A stretch of 64,000 nt of DNA from an uncultured bacterium (GCA_963844835.1 CAWJPT010000001.1:8072-72071), one strand, 5' to 3'; shown: positions 10,356 to 20,301, numbered from the stretch's first letter. The notes: generated from the letters alone by a model not told the origin. Program-made: numbers and translations.

Positions 10356-10985
10356 TTGTCAGATTCGATAGCGAAGAGTCAGAAGATCCGCGAACTGTTC
10401 AACGCAGAGAAGATCGATCCCGCCGAAGCAGCATTGTCGCGGTTGCGATTCTATGTGAGCGGACAGTGGCCGCCCCGCCTCCACAAATGGATCCAATGTC
10501 CTGGGACGACGATCCGGATCCCGGCGACGCCGCCGCACGACAGGCGGCCTTTCTGGCCGCCAAGATCATCCCGCAATATCAGCCGACCTACATCCCGGCG
10601 GAAGCAAGGTTCGGCCCGGGAACACTCTGTGTCTTGCGAGAGTTCCGTCCTGGCGAGCAACTGGATTCGGCCTATATCAACCAAAGTTGCGACGATGCTC
10701 GCCGATCTCCTGGGAGACCGCAGTCTCGACGATTGCTCGGCCATATCGTTGATAGGGAACAGTCCGGCGCTTGGTGAGACCAGGTTCGGCGTCGTCGCCG
10801 CGGTCGAGGCGAGTGTCCAATTCAGCTCGACTTACACGAAGCCTCTGTTTGGTGGGATCGTCGGAACTATGACCAGTACACGGCTACTGGTGCTGTTGCG
10901 GCACAAGACTTTCTCGCCAGCAGGAAGGTCACGGAGCCATACGTCTACATAGAGATCAGGACCCCCGATGGTGGGGACGGGATGG
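10356..10985 (+). CDS. Hypothetical protein, frame-disrupted
   Basis: Coding-looking segments in three frames: MSDSIAKSQKIRELFNAEKIDPAEAALSRLRFYVSGQWPP…, then DPMSWDDDPDPGDAAARQAAFLAAKIIPQYQPTYIPAEARFGPGTLCVLREFRPGEQ, then SKVATMLADLLGDRSLDDCSAISLIGNSPALGETRFGVVAAVEASVQFSS…. No recognisable family. Confidence 0.3.
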
Positions 10986-11079
10986 ACCTGGGGGGCACCT
11001 ACGAATTCGACCTGGACGACTGATGCCCCCGGGTCGTAGCAAGAATACGCCAGAGGAAGCCGGGAATTGGAGGAGTTCG

Positions 11080-11959
11080 AATGAAGTGGTTCAAACGATC
11101 TGCAAAGGGAACCGTCGAACCAACGATCCCCGCCGTGGACTGGACTCGGTGGCGACAGAAGTAGTCCACCGCAGGGCAGGAATACCCTGGTGGCACAGCT
11201 GGAGGCCATTGATGCAGGGCGCGACCCCTTCGGCTTCCAGACCATTTGTCGCAAGATCGGCGAAGCACGCGAAGCAGCGGCCGTTCCACGGCTGCTCGAC
11301 CTCCTTGGACGAAGAGGAAGAGAGGGCCTGGCTCCGGACAACCGACGCTCAGCAGTCCAGGCACTCGGCTCGATAGCTGATCCCGCTGCCGTAGACACCC
11401 TTGTGATGGTACTGGGGCTCGTGCCATCGTATGCGGCGGCGGCCCTCGGTCGGATCGGCCTGACAGACGTGCCGTCGAGCCGCTGATCTCGCTTTTGCAA
11501 TCTGACGATTGGCCGGTTCGCTCATCGGCCGCTAAAGCCCTGGGTCTCCTCGGCGATGCACGAGCGACGGCACCACTGCGTGATTTGGCAAACGACGCCC
11601 GCCCGGAGGTGCAGCGAGCAGCCGAGACAGCCCTGGCCAAGCTCGGAGAGAGCGAAGCCGGCTGGTACCTGGACACCCTCGACACCCAAGAGGTCGGCGA
11701 TCGTCTCGTTTCCCTTGGGATCGTGGAGGGCGACACGGTTGCCAGGATGTTCAGTCTCGGAACGTATCGAGTGCGTGCCACCGGGGCCTCGATGGAGGAG
11801 GCACCGGGTACGGTGACCTTGTCCGGGACCCAGTTCGGCGACGGTGTGTGCGGGTCCCCGTTTGTAGTGGAACACATTGCCCCGTGGCTCTCGAATCGTT
11901 TGGGAAGGTGGCAGTCGCTGAGGTCACCTGTCCAGACTGTGGAGCATTCTTCGAACTGA
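11080..11959 (+). CDS. HEAT-repeat protein (PBS-lyase-type HEAT repeats), frame-disrupted
   Basis: ORFs 11190..11486 and 11495..11959 carry repeated …AVPRLLDLLGRRG…NRRSAVQALGSIADPAAVDTLV… and …DDWPVRSSAAKALGLLGDARATAPLRDLANDARPEVQRAAETALAKLG…, typical HEAT_2/PBS-lyase repeats. Candidate start MKWFKRSAKG at about 11080 lies in a third frame. Confidence 0.5.
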
Positions 11960-12400
11960 AAGGGGTGGCACTCGAACGGGAACAATCTGCGTCCGAAATC
12001 TGGCTGGTTACAAACCTCGTCTCGATCCCGGATCGTTTCAAGAACAGCCCGTACCTCGGCTGGCCGTGGATCGATCACACCAACGTCAACTTCGAACCTG
12101 CCGGGGACGGAGAGCACGAAGATGTTGGCGATTGGGAAGTGGTGGAGGCGGGAACGGAACGGGAGGAACTCGTCGACGCCGGGGAACTGGGAACCGACAA
12201 CATTGGCCAATTCAGTATCTACCGGATAAAGACGCCAGCTGGGACCAGGCTGGAGGCCGGCGATGTCATTGCCATGAGCGGAGTCGAAGTCTGCGGCGTG
12301 TGCCTTTATGAGGTACCACTGAATGTCAGCATCGGTCTCAGAGGCTTCCTCGACTACCCAAGCAAACAGATCGTTGTTTGCCCACGATGCAATTCCAGTG
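11848..12400 (+). CDS. Hypothetical Cys-rich (zinc-ribbon-like) protein; boundaries uncertain
   Basis: ORF 11848..12639 contains CPVALESFGKVAVAEVTCPDCGAFFEL and …VVCPRCNS. An overlapping frame gives MQFQCSGCGS, i.e. CxxC…CxxC knuckles around 12370-12400. The start overlaps the HEAT gene in another frame, so true limits are unclear. Confidence 0.3.
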
Positions 12401-14196
12401 CTCTGGTTGCGGGAGCAACAACAACACCTTCATCCGTGCGCTCCTCGCTACTGGTTGCTGGCGTCTCAGGAAACGGGTGCCCCAGGGACCGGTATTCATC
12501 CGAAGCAGGGGGCGGCCCGAATTGCGTATCGGCAAAGTCGCCCGGGCCGTGGCCGGCTAGCCATCGGTACCGTCCGCACAACGAAGCGCGTCTGCTGCGG
12601 CGACGCGGTCGGGCGTTTGAACGTGCATGTCGGCTGTAGCTTTGGCAAACTGCTCCGGTGGTTGAACGCAGCACGCCCGTGGCGACAGACCCGCTGGGTC
12701 CTCTTCGGCCTGCTGGTCGCTGGGTCATTCGTGCTCGGCTATGCCGGGTTTGCCGTGTACTTCGAGCGGGACAGTCGGTCGATAACCGACCTCCTCTACC
12801 TATCAATGCAGCTCTTTGTGCTCGAATCCGGCAGTGTCCCCACCGCCGGTGCGCCGTGGCAGCTCGAGGTAGCGCGTTGGCTTGCCCCCGCGACCACGGC
12901 CACTGCGCTCCTTGCCGGGTTGATGATCGTGTTGCGCGAGGAGATCGCTTCGCTCCGGCTGCGGTTCCGCAAGAACCACACCGTGATCTGCGGACTAGGC
13001 GAAAAGGGGTCCCGGCTGGCAGAGGCGCTCCTCGACGACGGATGGGACGTCGTCGGAATCGAGATCGATCCCAGCTCGCCGATGGATCAACGACCTCCGC
13101 CGACGGGGCGCCCTGATCCTGGTCGGCGATGCCCGCCACGAGAACGTCTTATCTCGGGCCAGGGTTGCCGAGGCGTCCCATGTCGTTTCGCTGCTCGGTA
13201 CCGACGACGCCAACGCAGAGACGGCGGTTCGGGCAGGCGAGCTGGCAGGCACCCGCTCCCCGGCGCTGATGGTGCTGGCCCATATCGAGAACTCCGACCT
13301 ATGCACCATGCTGCGATCTGAACAGCTGGCGGCCGGCAAACAGGCCGGCTACCGGCTCGACTTCTTCAACACATACGAGACCGCGGCGAAGCGCCTGCTC
13401 GATGGCGCACTGCCGCACCCGGGCACCACCACTCGACTCGCCATCATCGGTATGGGCTCATTGGGTCGGGCGTTGCTGATCGAAGCGGCCCGGCGCTGGC
13501 ACAGTCTCCCTGAGCTGGCGGAGAGCCATCTCGAAGATCCACGGTCGTAGATCCCGCCGGTGCCCGGGTGGTCGACGAGCTGACTGGCCGTTACCCGATG
13601 ATCCTCGGTGGAGTCAGCGTCGAAGCGGTCGACGCCCTCTCCGTTGCCACGTTGCTCGGGGCACCGACAGCAATCTTCGTATGCCTCGATGATGACTCCA
13701 AAGCGCTCGAGACCGCCTACCGGGTGTGGCGGTCGAACGCCGACCCTTCAACTCCGGTGGTCGTCGAGTTGACTCTGCTCCCCGGCGCTGGCAAGCCTCT
13801 TCCAGCCGTCCGACGGCCGGGGGAGGCGTGATCGGCTTTGACCTCCTTGCCGACACCCTCGGTCCCGAGCTGATCAACAGCGGTACCTACGAGAACCTGG
13901 CGCAAGCGATTCACCAGGAGTATGTGGACGAGCAGCGTCGTGAAGGCGTCACCGACGACTCGGTGTTGGTTCCCTGGGATGAGTGGCCCGATTCTCTCAA
14001 GGAGTCGAATCGTGATCAGGCATCTCACATCGGGACCAAACTCGACGCCGTCGGCTGCGACCTGGCACCGATCGGAGATTGGGAACCCGACTTTGAGTTT
14101 GCAGGAGATGAGATCGAGATACTGGCCAAGATGGAGCATCAGCGGTGGGTGGACCAACGGCTAGGGGACGGCTGGAAGATCGGCCCGAGGATGTGA
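12378..14196 (+). CDS. Ion-channel-like protein with TM helices, two TrkA-N/RCK (NAD-binding) domains and a C-terminal RyR (ryanodine-receptor) domain; 3 frame disruptions
   Basis: TM region WVLFGLLVAGSFVLGYAGFAVYFERDSRSITDLLYLSMQLFVLESGSVP…ATALLAGLMIVLREEI. RCK motifs HTVICGLGEKGSRLAEALLDDGWDVVGIEIDP and TRLAIIGMGSLGRALLIEAARRW. C-terminal GGVIGFDLLADTLGPELINSGTYENLAQAIHQEYVDEQRREGV…EILAKMEHQRWVDQRLGDGWKIGPR matches the RyR-domain signature. Frames change near 13085, 13555 and 13825. Confidence 0.5.
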
Positions 14197-14506
14197 GCTC
14201 GAAGACAAGCCCTATCGGGCTCCCGGTCGTAGCTCAGCGAAGATATCCGTGAGCTCGACCGACGAGCAGTCCGGGGGATACCAGGCTTCCTGGCCAGAGC
14301 CGGATACCGGGTCGCGAGACCGGCGAATCATCGGGGAGTAGAGGACAAGCCGGAGTAGGCCGATGCTGCGATTTAGCAGCGGCCACCCGGAAGGACACCC
14401 AAGACCGGACGCTGGGCCGGCCGTTTCGGCCACACCCGATTCCTGTAACCAGGGGCTCGCCGTGGGCAAGGCCTCTAGTCTTGTCCGAGAGCGAGGGAGA
14501 TCGGTC

Positions 14507-17302
14507 ATGAGCACGGAAGGCACAGCGTTCGAGTACGACGCCCCGCTCCAGACCGATTCACCATGGCCGACCTACCGGCGCACGGTCCGCAACACCGGCA
14601 GCTCGCCACTCACCGGGGAGTACCAGGGAGACGAACCCTGGTTCTTTCAGACCGGCAAGGGCATCTTCTCCACACCGGTCATCGACGGTGACGGTGTCGT
14701 TTACGTCGGGTCGGCCGACCACGACTTCTACGCCATCAATCCCGACGGGACCGAGAAATGGCGGTTCCGCACCGGAGAGCTGATCGACTCGGCGGCGGCG
14801 CTGCCGGCAGACGATCCGGCCACGATTCTGGTTGGCTCAGGCGACGGCTATCTCTACCGGCTCAACAAGAACGACGGCAGCGAGCTGTGGCGATTCGATG
14901 CCCGCATCTCACCCCGGATGAGCTACAACAACTGGTTCGAAGCCAACGTCGCCATCGGGCCCGACGGCACCATCTACGCCGGGAACACCAACTTCAACTA
15001 CTACGCAATCACCCCGGACGGTGGGCTGGAGTGGGTATACGAAACCGGCTCCAACGCATGGTCGGCGGCCGGGATGGGCGCGGGACGGCACCATCTACTG
15101 GGGGTCCTGCGACACGTTCTTCCATGCGGTCAACCCGGACGGCAGCCCGAAATGGAAGCGGCGCACGCTGGGGTTCATCTCCGCCTCCGCCGCCGTGGGG
15201 CGGACGGCACCGTCTACACCGGGTCGTTCGACAGCTACCTCTACGCCCTCGACCCGGACACAGGCAAGGTGCGGTGGAAGTACAAGACCGCCGACCACAT
15301 CTACAGCTCGGCCGCCCTCCTCGAGGACGATACGCAAACCCGGGCCATCATCTTCGGGTCAACCGATGGGATCGTGTACGCCCTGGACCCGCAGGGGGAG
15401 CTGCTGTGGCAGTACGACACCGGGGCCACGATCCGTTCGTCGCCCGTGATCGGCCGTATCCCCAACGGAGGAGCCGGCCACGTCGTCTACTTGGTAACGG
15501 GGACGGCAAGATATATGCGCTCGACGCCGAAACGGGGGAGCGCCGCTGGTCCTACGACACCACCGGCGCCGGAGGAGCTCGCCGGACCGCAACGATCTCA
15601 ACGGGTCGCCGGCGCTGGGCACAACCGGGGTCTACATCGGCGGCGAGCACGGGCAGCTCTGGTACGTGCCGTACGACTACCCGATCCATCACCCCGAAGA
15701 CGCCAGAGGCTCCATCGAACCGGCCGACGTTGCCGCGGGACACCACCAGCCTGTTCTACGTGACCCCGGGCGGGCGGGTGCAAGCCGACATGCCCGAAGC
15801 TCTCCCTGCCGCCACCATTATCTGCCTCAAGCTGATCGTCCGGGAAGACGGCGAGACGATCCCGGCCCGGCTCTACAACCCGGCGCTGCTGAAGCGATCC
15901 GGTCCGCTGCAAGTGCAATTCGACCCGCCGGTCCCGTTCCAGTCCGAGGTCTCGGTGACGGCAGGTACCTGTACATCATCCCTGACGGGTTCCTGCAACC
16001 CGGCGCCGAGTACACGCTCGCCATCTCGGGCGACTACTACCTCGGCGGCGCCAACATCGGCAACCTCACCGTCGCCGGTCGATCTCGCGGGAGCTTCGCG
16101 CAGCGGTTCCGGTTCACCGTCGAGGAATCGGGCGACACGTTGCCGCTGCGTGTCGGGGACGACCATGTGACCGCGTTCGAGTGGACCCGGCTGGCGGTGC
16201 CGATTCCCACCATGCTGCCCAGCCTCAACCAGATCGGGTTCGACTACATGAACTGGATCGTCGGGGTGGTCGCGATGGGGGAGACCACTGCGGGGGACCA
16301 GGAAGTGGGAGACCATGCGGCCTTTCACCCTCCTGCGTCGCTTCGCTCCGCGTCCTCCCTGAGGGAGGACGAAGGGAGTGGTCGCTCCGCTGATCCCCGA
16401 GGGGGACGAAGAGGAGGGGGAGACGACTAGGTGTTTCACCCTCCTGCGTCGCTTCGCTCCGCGTCCTCCCTGAGGGAGGACGAAGAGAGTGGTGCGCCGA
16501 CTATGGGTGACGACGAGGGGGAGGGTCGATCCGCTGACCTCGCCTCCCCTGCGGGGAGGTTGGGGGAGGACGAAGACGGGGACGAAGGGGGTGGCGGCAG
16601 GGTTTTGCTCTGGGCGATCGGCGGGCGGCGTAACCAGGAGGGGGAGCTGGTTGTTGATGTGGGGACCGACTTCCGGTTGCCGTTGAGTGGGCGGTATCAG
16701 GGCGATGCCTTCATCGTCACCAACCACAACTTCGTGATGGGGGTCACCGGCATCCCCATCCCGTTCAACACCTTCGAGATCCGGGGCCGCATGGGGCAAG
16801 ACCTGCACGTGCTGCCCGGCGCAAGGGCTTATGCGGAAACGAAGGTGCTGTCCATTCCCACCTTTGGCATCCCCATGGTGGTCGCCGGGCTGGCCAACCG
16901 GATCTGGCGCAAGCTGGTGGCGATGGCCACCTACATCACCAACCCGTACCCGGCAGACGGCACCGCCAACAAGAAGCCGCCCGGCGTCGGTGTCGAGCTG
17001 ATAAGCCACCGAGCGCCCGACCGGGCCAAGCCCCGGCAACGTCGTCGCCAGACTGCGGCTCGAGCCGGGCCACAGCTACCCGGCCGACGAGCACCTGGGG
17101 GCGATCCTGCTGGTCGATGCCGACACCAACGACGTGGTCCGGCTCGACTACCACAACAACCTGCAACAAACCGCCGACGATGACGGCAACCTGCACCGGA
17201 TCGAGCTGACCATCCCCAAGAGAACTCGACTACCCGAGAAGATCGTCGCCTACGTCATGCTGGATGTGTTCCCCATCTTCTCGATGCGGCTGGATGGTTA
17301 GC
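14507..17302 (+). CDS. PQQ-like beta-propeller repeat protein with C-terminal domain, frame-disrupted (at least 6 breaks) and carrying an internal repeat insertion
   Basis: Start ATG 14507 preceded by gagggaga. Repeated beta-propeller blades (VVYVGSADHDFYAINPDGTEKWRF, GDGYLYRLNKNDGSELWRF, GTIYAGNTNFNYYAITPDGGLEWVY, GTVYTGSFDSYLYALDPDTGKVRWKY, DGIVYALDPQGELLWQY, DGKIYALDAETGERRWSY). Distal part continues through ORFs 15666..16430 and 16431..17183, ending …VAYVMLDVFPIFSMRLDG* at 17302. Many frame switches between 15070 and 17050. Confidence 0.55.
16323..16493. repeat. Two direct copies (period about 111 bp) of a roughly 60-bp palindrome-containing unit inside the PQQ-propeller gene, followed by related G-rich hairpin units to about 16620
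   Basis: Copy A 16323-16382 and copy B 16434-16493 are near-identical (tttcaccctcctgcgtcgcttcgctccgcgtcctccctgagggaggacgaag[g/a]gagtgg). Each contains the perfect hairpin tcctccc-tga-gggagga. Further cctcccc-tgc-ggggagg and ggaggacgaag repeats follow. The encoded segment is low-complexity acidic (SLREDEGSG…GDDEGEG…EDEDGDEGGGG). Confidence 0.6.
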
Positions 17303-17304
17303 CG

Positions 17305-18645
17305 GTGAAACGCCTTTCTCCCTGGTTCAAGATCCTGTTTGGCACCGGCGACCTCACCACCAACTCGTTCCAGGCGATCATCCTCTTCTACCAGCTCTAC
17401 TTTCTCACCGACGTGGCCGGGCTCCGGCCGGCATACGCGGCATGGGCGATCGCCATCGGACGGCTCTGGGACGCCGTCAACGACCCGCTGTTCGGCATCA
17501 TCTCCGACCGTATCGAGAGCCGTTTTGGGCGGAGAAGGGTGATGCTGCTGTTCGGGGCGATTCCGCTAGGCGTCACCTTCGGTCTCATGTGGATCGTCCC
17601 CGATACTTCCCAACTCGGGCTCGTGGTGTTCTACGCGGCGACGTTCATGGTGTTCGACACCTGTTACACGGCAGTGCACGTCGGCTACAACGCCCTCACC
17701 CCCGTCGTCACCAAGGACTACGACGAGCGCAGCTCGCTGCTCGGCTACCGGATGTTCTTCGGCCTCACCGGGTCGCTCGGCGCCATCATCCTGGCGACGC
17801 TGCTTGGCGAGATGTTCGACTCCCAGCAACAGTTCCTCATCATCGGGATCGGGCTCGGGTTGTTCAACATCATCCCGCCGCTGCTGGTGTTCGCCATCAC
17901 CAAGAAGTACCGCAGCCACCGTGAAGCCGACCTGCTGCCACCACTCAGCTCGCTGATCGAGACGGTGAAGAACAAGGCGTTCCAGATGGTGATGGGCCTC
18001 TACGTGTTCAGCTGGACCACCGCAAGCATCATGGCCGCGGTCCTCATCTTCTTCGCCAACTACTACCTGAAGGTCCCCGACCAGGCCAACTACTACGTGC
18101 TGGCGGCACAGGGCTCTGCCATCTTGTTCATCCCGGTCGTCGTCCAGATGGCCAAGCGGCTCGACAAACGACGGACCTTCATCATCAACAGTGGTGTGTG
18201 GATCGTCCTGCTGCTGCTTCTGTTCGGCATCCAACCCGAGCACGCCGGGCTGGTCTATGTGCTCGCCGGTCTTGCCGGGCTAGGCATCGCCACCGTCTAC
18301 GTGATCCCCTGGGCGATGATCCCCGACATCATCGAGGACGACGAGTTGCGCACCGGACAGCGCCGGGAGGGCTCCTACTACGCCCTCATCTCGTTCTTCC
18401 AGAAGCTCGGCACCGGCGCCGCGTTGTGGGTGATGGGGCAGGTGTTCGATATCGCCGGGTACATCAACCCACCGGCGACCGACGTCTATCCCACCCAACC
18501 CGACTCGGCAATCATGGTCATCCGGTTGTTCATGAGCATCGTCCCCGCCGTGCTCCTCGTCGCCGCCATCGCCTTTGCCCGCAAGTATCCCATCACCCGT
18601 GAGAAGCATCGCTCCCTGCTCGAACAACTGGAACAAAGGGACTAA
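17305..18645 (+). CDS. Glycoside-pentoside-hexuronide (GPH) family MFS sugar:cation symporter (MelB/YihO-like)
   Basis: Intact 446-aa ORF from GTG 17305. GDLTTNSFQAIILFYQLYFLTDVAGL…DAVNDPLFGIISDRIESRFGRRR is the GPH family signature. 12 predicted TM segments. Confidence 0.8.
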   Translation: MKRLSPWFKILFGTGDLTTNSFQAIILFYQLYFLTDVAGLRPAYAAWAIAIGRLWDAVNDPLFGIISDRIESRFGRRRVMLLFGAIPLGVTFGLMWIVPDTSQLGLVVFYAATFMVFDTCYTAVHVGYNALTPVVTKDYDERSSLLGYRMFFGLTGSLGAIILATLLGEMFDSQQQFLIIGIGLGLFNIIPPLLVFAITKKYRSHREADLLPPLSSLIETVKNKAFQMVMGLYVFSWTTASIMAAVLIFFANYYLKVPDQANYYVLAAQGSAILFIPVVVQMAKRLDKRRTFIINSGVWIVLLLLLFGIQPEHAGLVYVLAGLAGLGIATVYVIPWAMIPDIIEDDELRTGQRREGSYYALISFFQKLGTGAALWVMGQVFDIAGYINPPATDVYPTQPDSAIMVIRLFMSIVPAVLLVAAIAFARKYPITREKHRSLLEQLEQRD

Positions 18646-18754
18646 AAGGCCAACAACGGCCGCACACATGCAGGTTTAGCTATGTCTTAACGGTGCCCAA
18701 CCCGAGCATTAGCGCAAGCACTTTCAGTTCGTGAGACATTGCACTCACACGCAA

Positions 18755-19391
18755 ATGAAAGGCAAGAAAATGTTGAAGGGATCCGTTCTCGTAGCGGCAC
18801 TGGCCATCGGCCTGCTTGCTCTCGCCGGTGTAGCCGTTGCTTCGGTCGCACCCAGCACCGATGTCACCGTCACCACCGACGGGGTCACAGTCTCAACGGA
18901 GGCGACCACCGACGACGCCACTGAGATGGAAGAGTCGACAACCACGACATCGACGCTCGCCGACACTTACGACGACGAGAGCGACGCGGACTACATCGAT
19001 GACTCCTCGATGGACGAGGGCAAGTCGAGCGATTACAGCGAGACCGACGATGACTCGTACGAGTACGCGACGTCGAGCACGACGACCACCACCATGGGCT
19101 ATGTCGACGACTCTTCGGACGACACTAGCGGACGACAACTACAGCGACGACTCCTCGGACGACAGCTACTCGGACGATAACTACAGCGACGACTCTTCGG
19201 ATGACAGCTACAGCGACTCCTCCGATGACAGCTACTCCGACGATCAGAGCGATTCCGAGTACAGCCACGATGACGACTCAGCCGAGTATGGCGACGATGA
19301 CTCATCCGATTACTCCGATGACGATGACTCATCCGAGCATTCCGACAGTGGCTCCGAGGACACGACCTTCGTCGGGTTCGACACCAAGTAA
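18755..19391 (+). CDS. Secreted highly acidic Asp/Ser/Tyr-rich low-complexity protein, one frame disruption near 19130
   Basis: Signal peptide MKGKKMLKGSVLVAALAIGLLALAGVAVASVA. Thr/Asp-rich region, then tandem DDSYSD/DDNYSD units (DSSDDSYSDDNYSDDSSDDSYSDSSDDSYSDDQSDSEYSHDDD…) encoded by tandem DNA repeats. The frame break falls inside the repeat array. Confidence 0.5.
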
Positions 19392-19417
19392 CACCTGCCA
19401 GCTCCCAAGAGCTCCCG

Positions 19418-19446
19418 GGCCCCGCACTCAACGTGAGTGTGGGGCC
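19418..19446 (+). terminator. Hairpin (13-bp stem, 1 mismatch, acg loop) 27 nt after the acidic-protein gene stop
   Basis: ggccccgcactca-acg-tgagtgtggggcc. No clear U-tract, as is common in high-GC genomes. Confidence 0.35.
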
Positions 19447-19500
19447 TCACTATTTCCCGGCCGACGGCCTCCGCCTTCTTGTCTCCGGCTGTTGATACGG

Positions 19501-19538
19501 TGCATGTGCGTGACACCAACACATGTGAAGCACATGCA
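19501..19538. promoter_or_regulatory. Palindromic putative antitoxin operator/promoter region upstream of vapBC
   Basis: tgcatgtgc-gtgacaccaa-cacatgtg-aa-gcacatgca: 9-bp inverted ends plus an internal cacatgtg palindrome, 13 nt upstream of the aaggtgaaggag RBS. Confidence 0.45.
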
Positions 19539-19551
19539 GTAAGGTGAAGGA

Positions 19552-19776
19552 GTGAGCAAGATGATTCAGATCCGCAACGTCCCCGACGACGTGCACACGG
19601 AATTGAAGGTGCGGGCAGCGAAAGCCGGAATGAGCCTGTCGGACTTCCTCAACGCCGAGTTGACCCGCCTGGTGTCCCACCGTCCGCTCGGCGAGCTGAT
19701 CGCCGAGCTCGAGTTCGAGCCCTCACTTCGGGTCGGGGAAGCGGCAGCTGCCGTGCGAGCGAGTCGCAGCAAGTGA
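19552..19776 (+). CDS. vapB: VapB/FitA-like antitoxin (ribbon-helix-helix, plasmid-stability-protein type)
   Basis: 74-aa ORF MSKMIQIRNVPDDVHTELKVRAAKAGMSLSDFLNAELTRLV… typical of FitA/VapB antitoxins. Stop overlaps the vapC start (ATGA at 19773-19776). Preceded by a palindromic operator-like site. Confidence 0.75.
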   Translation: MSKMIQIRNVPDDVHTELKVRAAKAGMSLSDFLNAELTRLVSHRPLGELIAELEFEPSLRVGEAAAAVRASRSK

Positions 19777-20177
19777 TCGTCGTTGATGCGTCGGCATTCA
19801 TCGATGCCGTCGACGGGCGTAAGCAAGTGGTAGACCGGCTGGTGGGCGAGGACATCCATGTGCCCCACCTGCTCGACGTCGAGGTGGCCAGCGCCCTGCG
19901 GCGTCTGGTCTCCAGTGGGCGGTTCTCCGAGCAGCGGGCGACCGCGGCGTTGAATCTTCTCCGGCGAGGAGACCTCCGGCGTCACCCCCACCGGTCCCTG
20001 CTGGAGCTGATGTGGTCGCTGCGAGGGCAGGTCACCGCTTACGACGCTGCCTATGTAGCGCTGGCCACGGCACTCGATGCACCTCTCGTGACCACCGACC
20101 GGAAGCTCGGCCAGCTACCCGGGCTGCCGTGCACTGTGGAAGGCCTCTACGATGCGGATGCCTCGGACCAGGTGTGA
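19773..20177 (+). CDS. vapC: VapC PIN-domain toxin (ribonuclease)
   Basis: 134-aa ORF MIVVDASAFIDAV…HVPHLLDVEVASALRRLV…AYDAAYVALATALDAPLVTTDRKL. PIN-domain acidic residues (D5, E-V-A, D…D) and the classic vapBC 4-bp overlap. Confidence 0.8.
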   Translation: MIVVDASAFIDAVDGRKQVVDRLVGEDIHVPHLLDVEVASALRRLVSSGRFSEQRATAALNLLRRGDLRRHPHRSLLELMWSLRGQVTAYDAAYVALATALDAPLVTTDRKLGQLPGLPCTVEGLYDADASDQV

Positions 20178-20301
20178 GCCAACACGCAAGGGTGCAACGT
20201 GATTGTTGGTGACATGTCTTGTCGTGACCTCGCCACTGGCCGCGTGCGGCGCCACCGAATCGCCGCCGCCCGCGCCGGCTGCCTGCCCGACCTCAGTGTC
20301 C

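Noticed and set aside
10999-12210. 403-aa minus-strand ORF
   Set aside because: It is antisense to the HEAT-repeat gene and the Cys-rich gene. It has no motifs, and the start and stop context is unconvincing.
14212-14360. tRNA-like start (ggtcgtagctcagc) in the intergenic region before the PQQ gene
   Set aside because: Only a D-arm-like string and a simple hairpin are present. No acceptor stem, anticodon arm or T-loop (GTTCRANYC) could be assembled.
15873-17039. 388-aa minus-strand ORF
   Set aside because: It is antisense to the PQQ-propeller gene. The sequence is Gly/Arg/Pro-rich and low-complexity.
6320-17302. Programmed ribosomal frameshifting as explanation for the frame breaks
   Set aside because: The breaks are too numerous and their contexts are heterogeneous. 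There are no conserved slippery heptamers followed by pseudoknots, and some are +1 and some -1 within one gene. Errors or gene decay are far more parsimonious.
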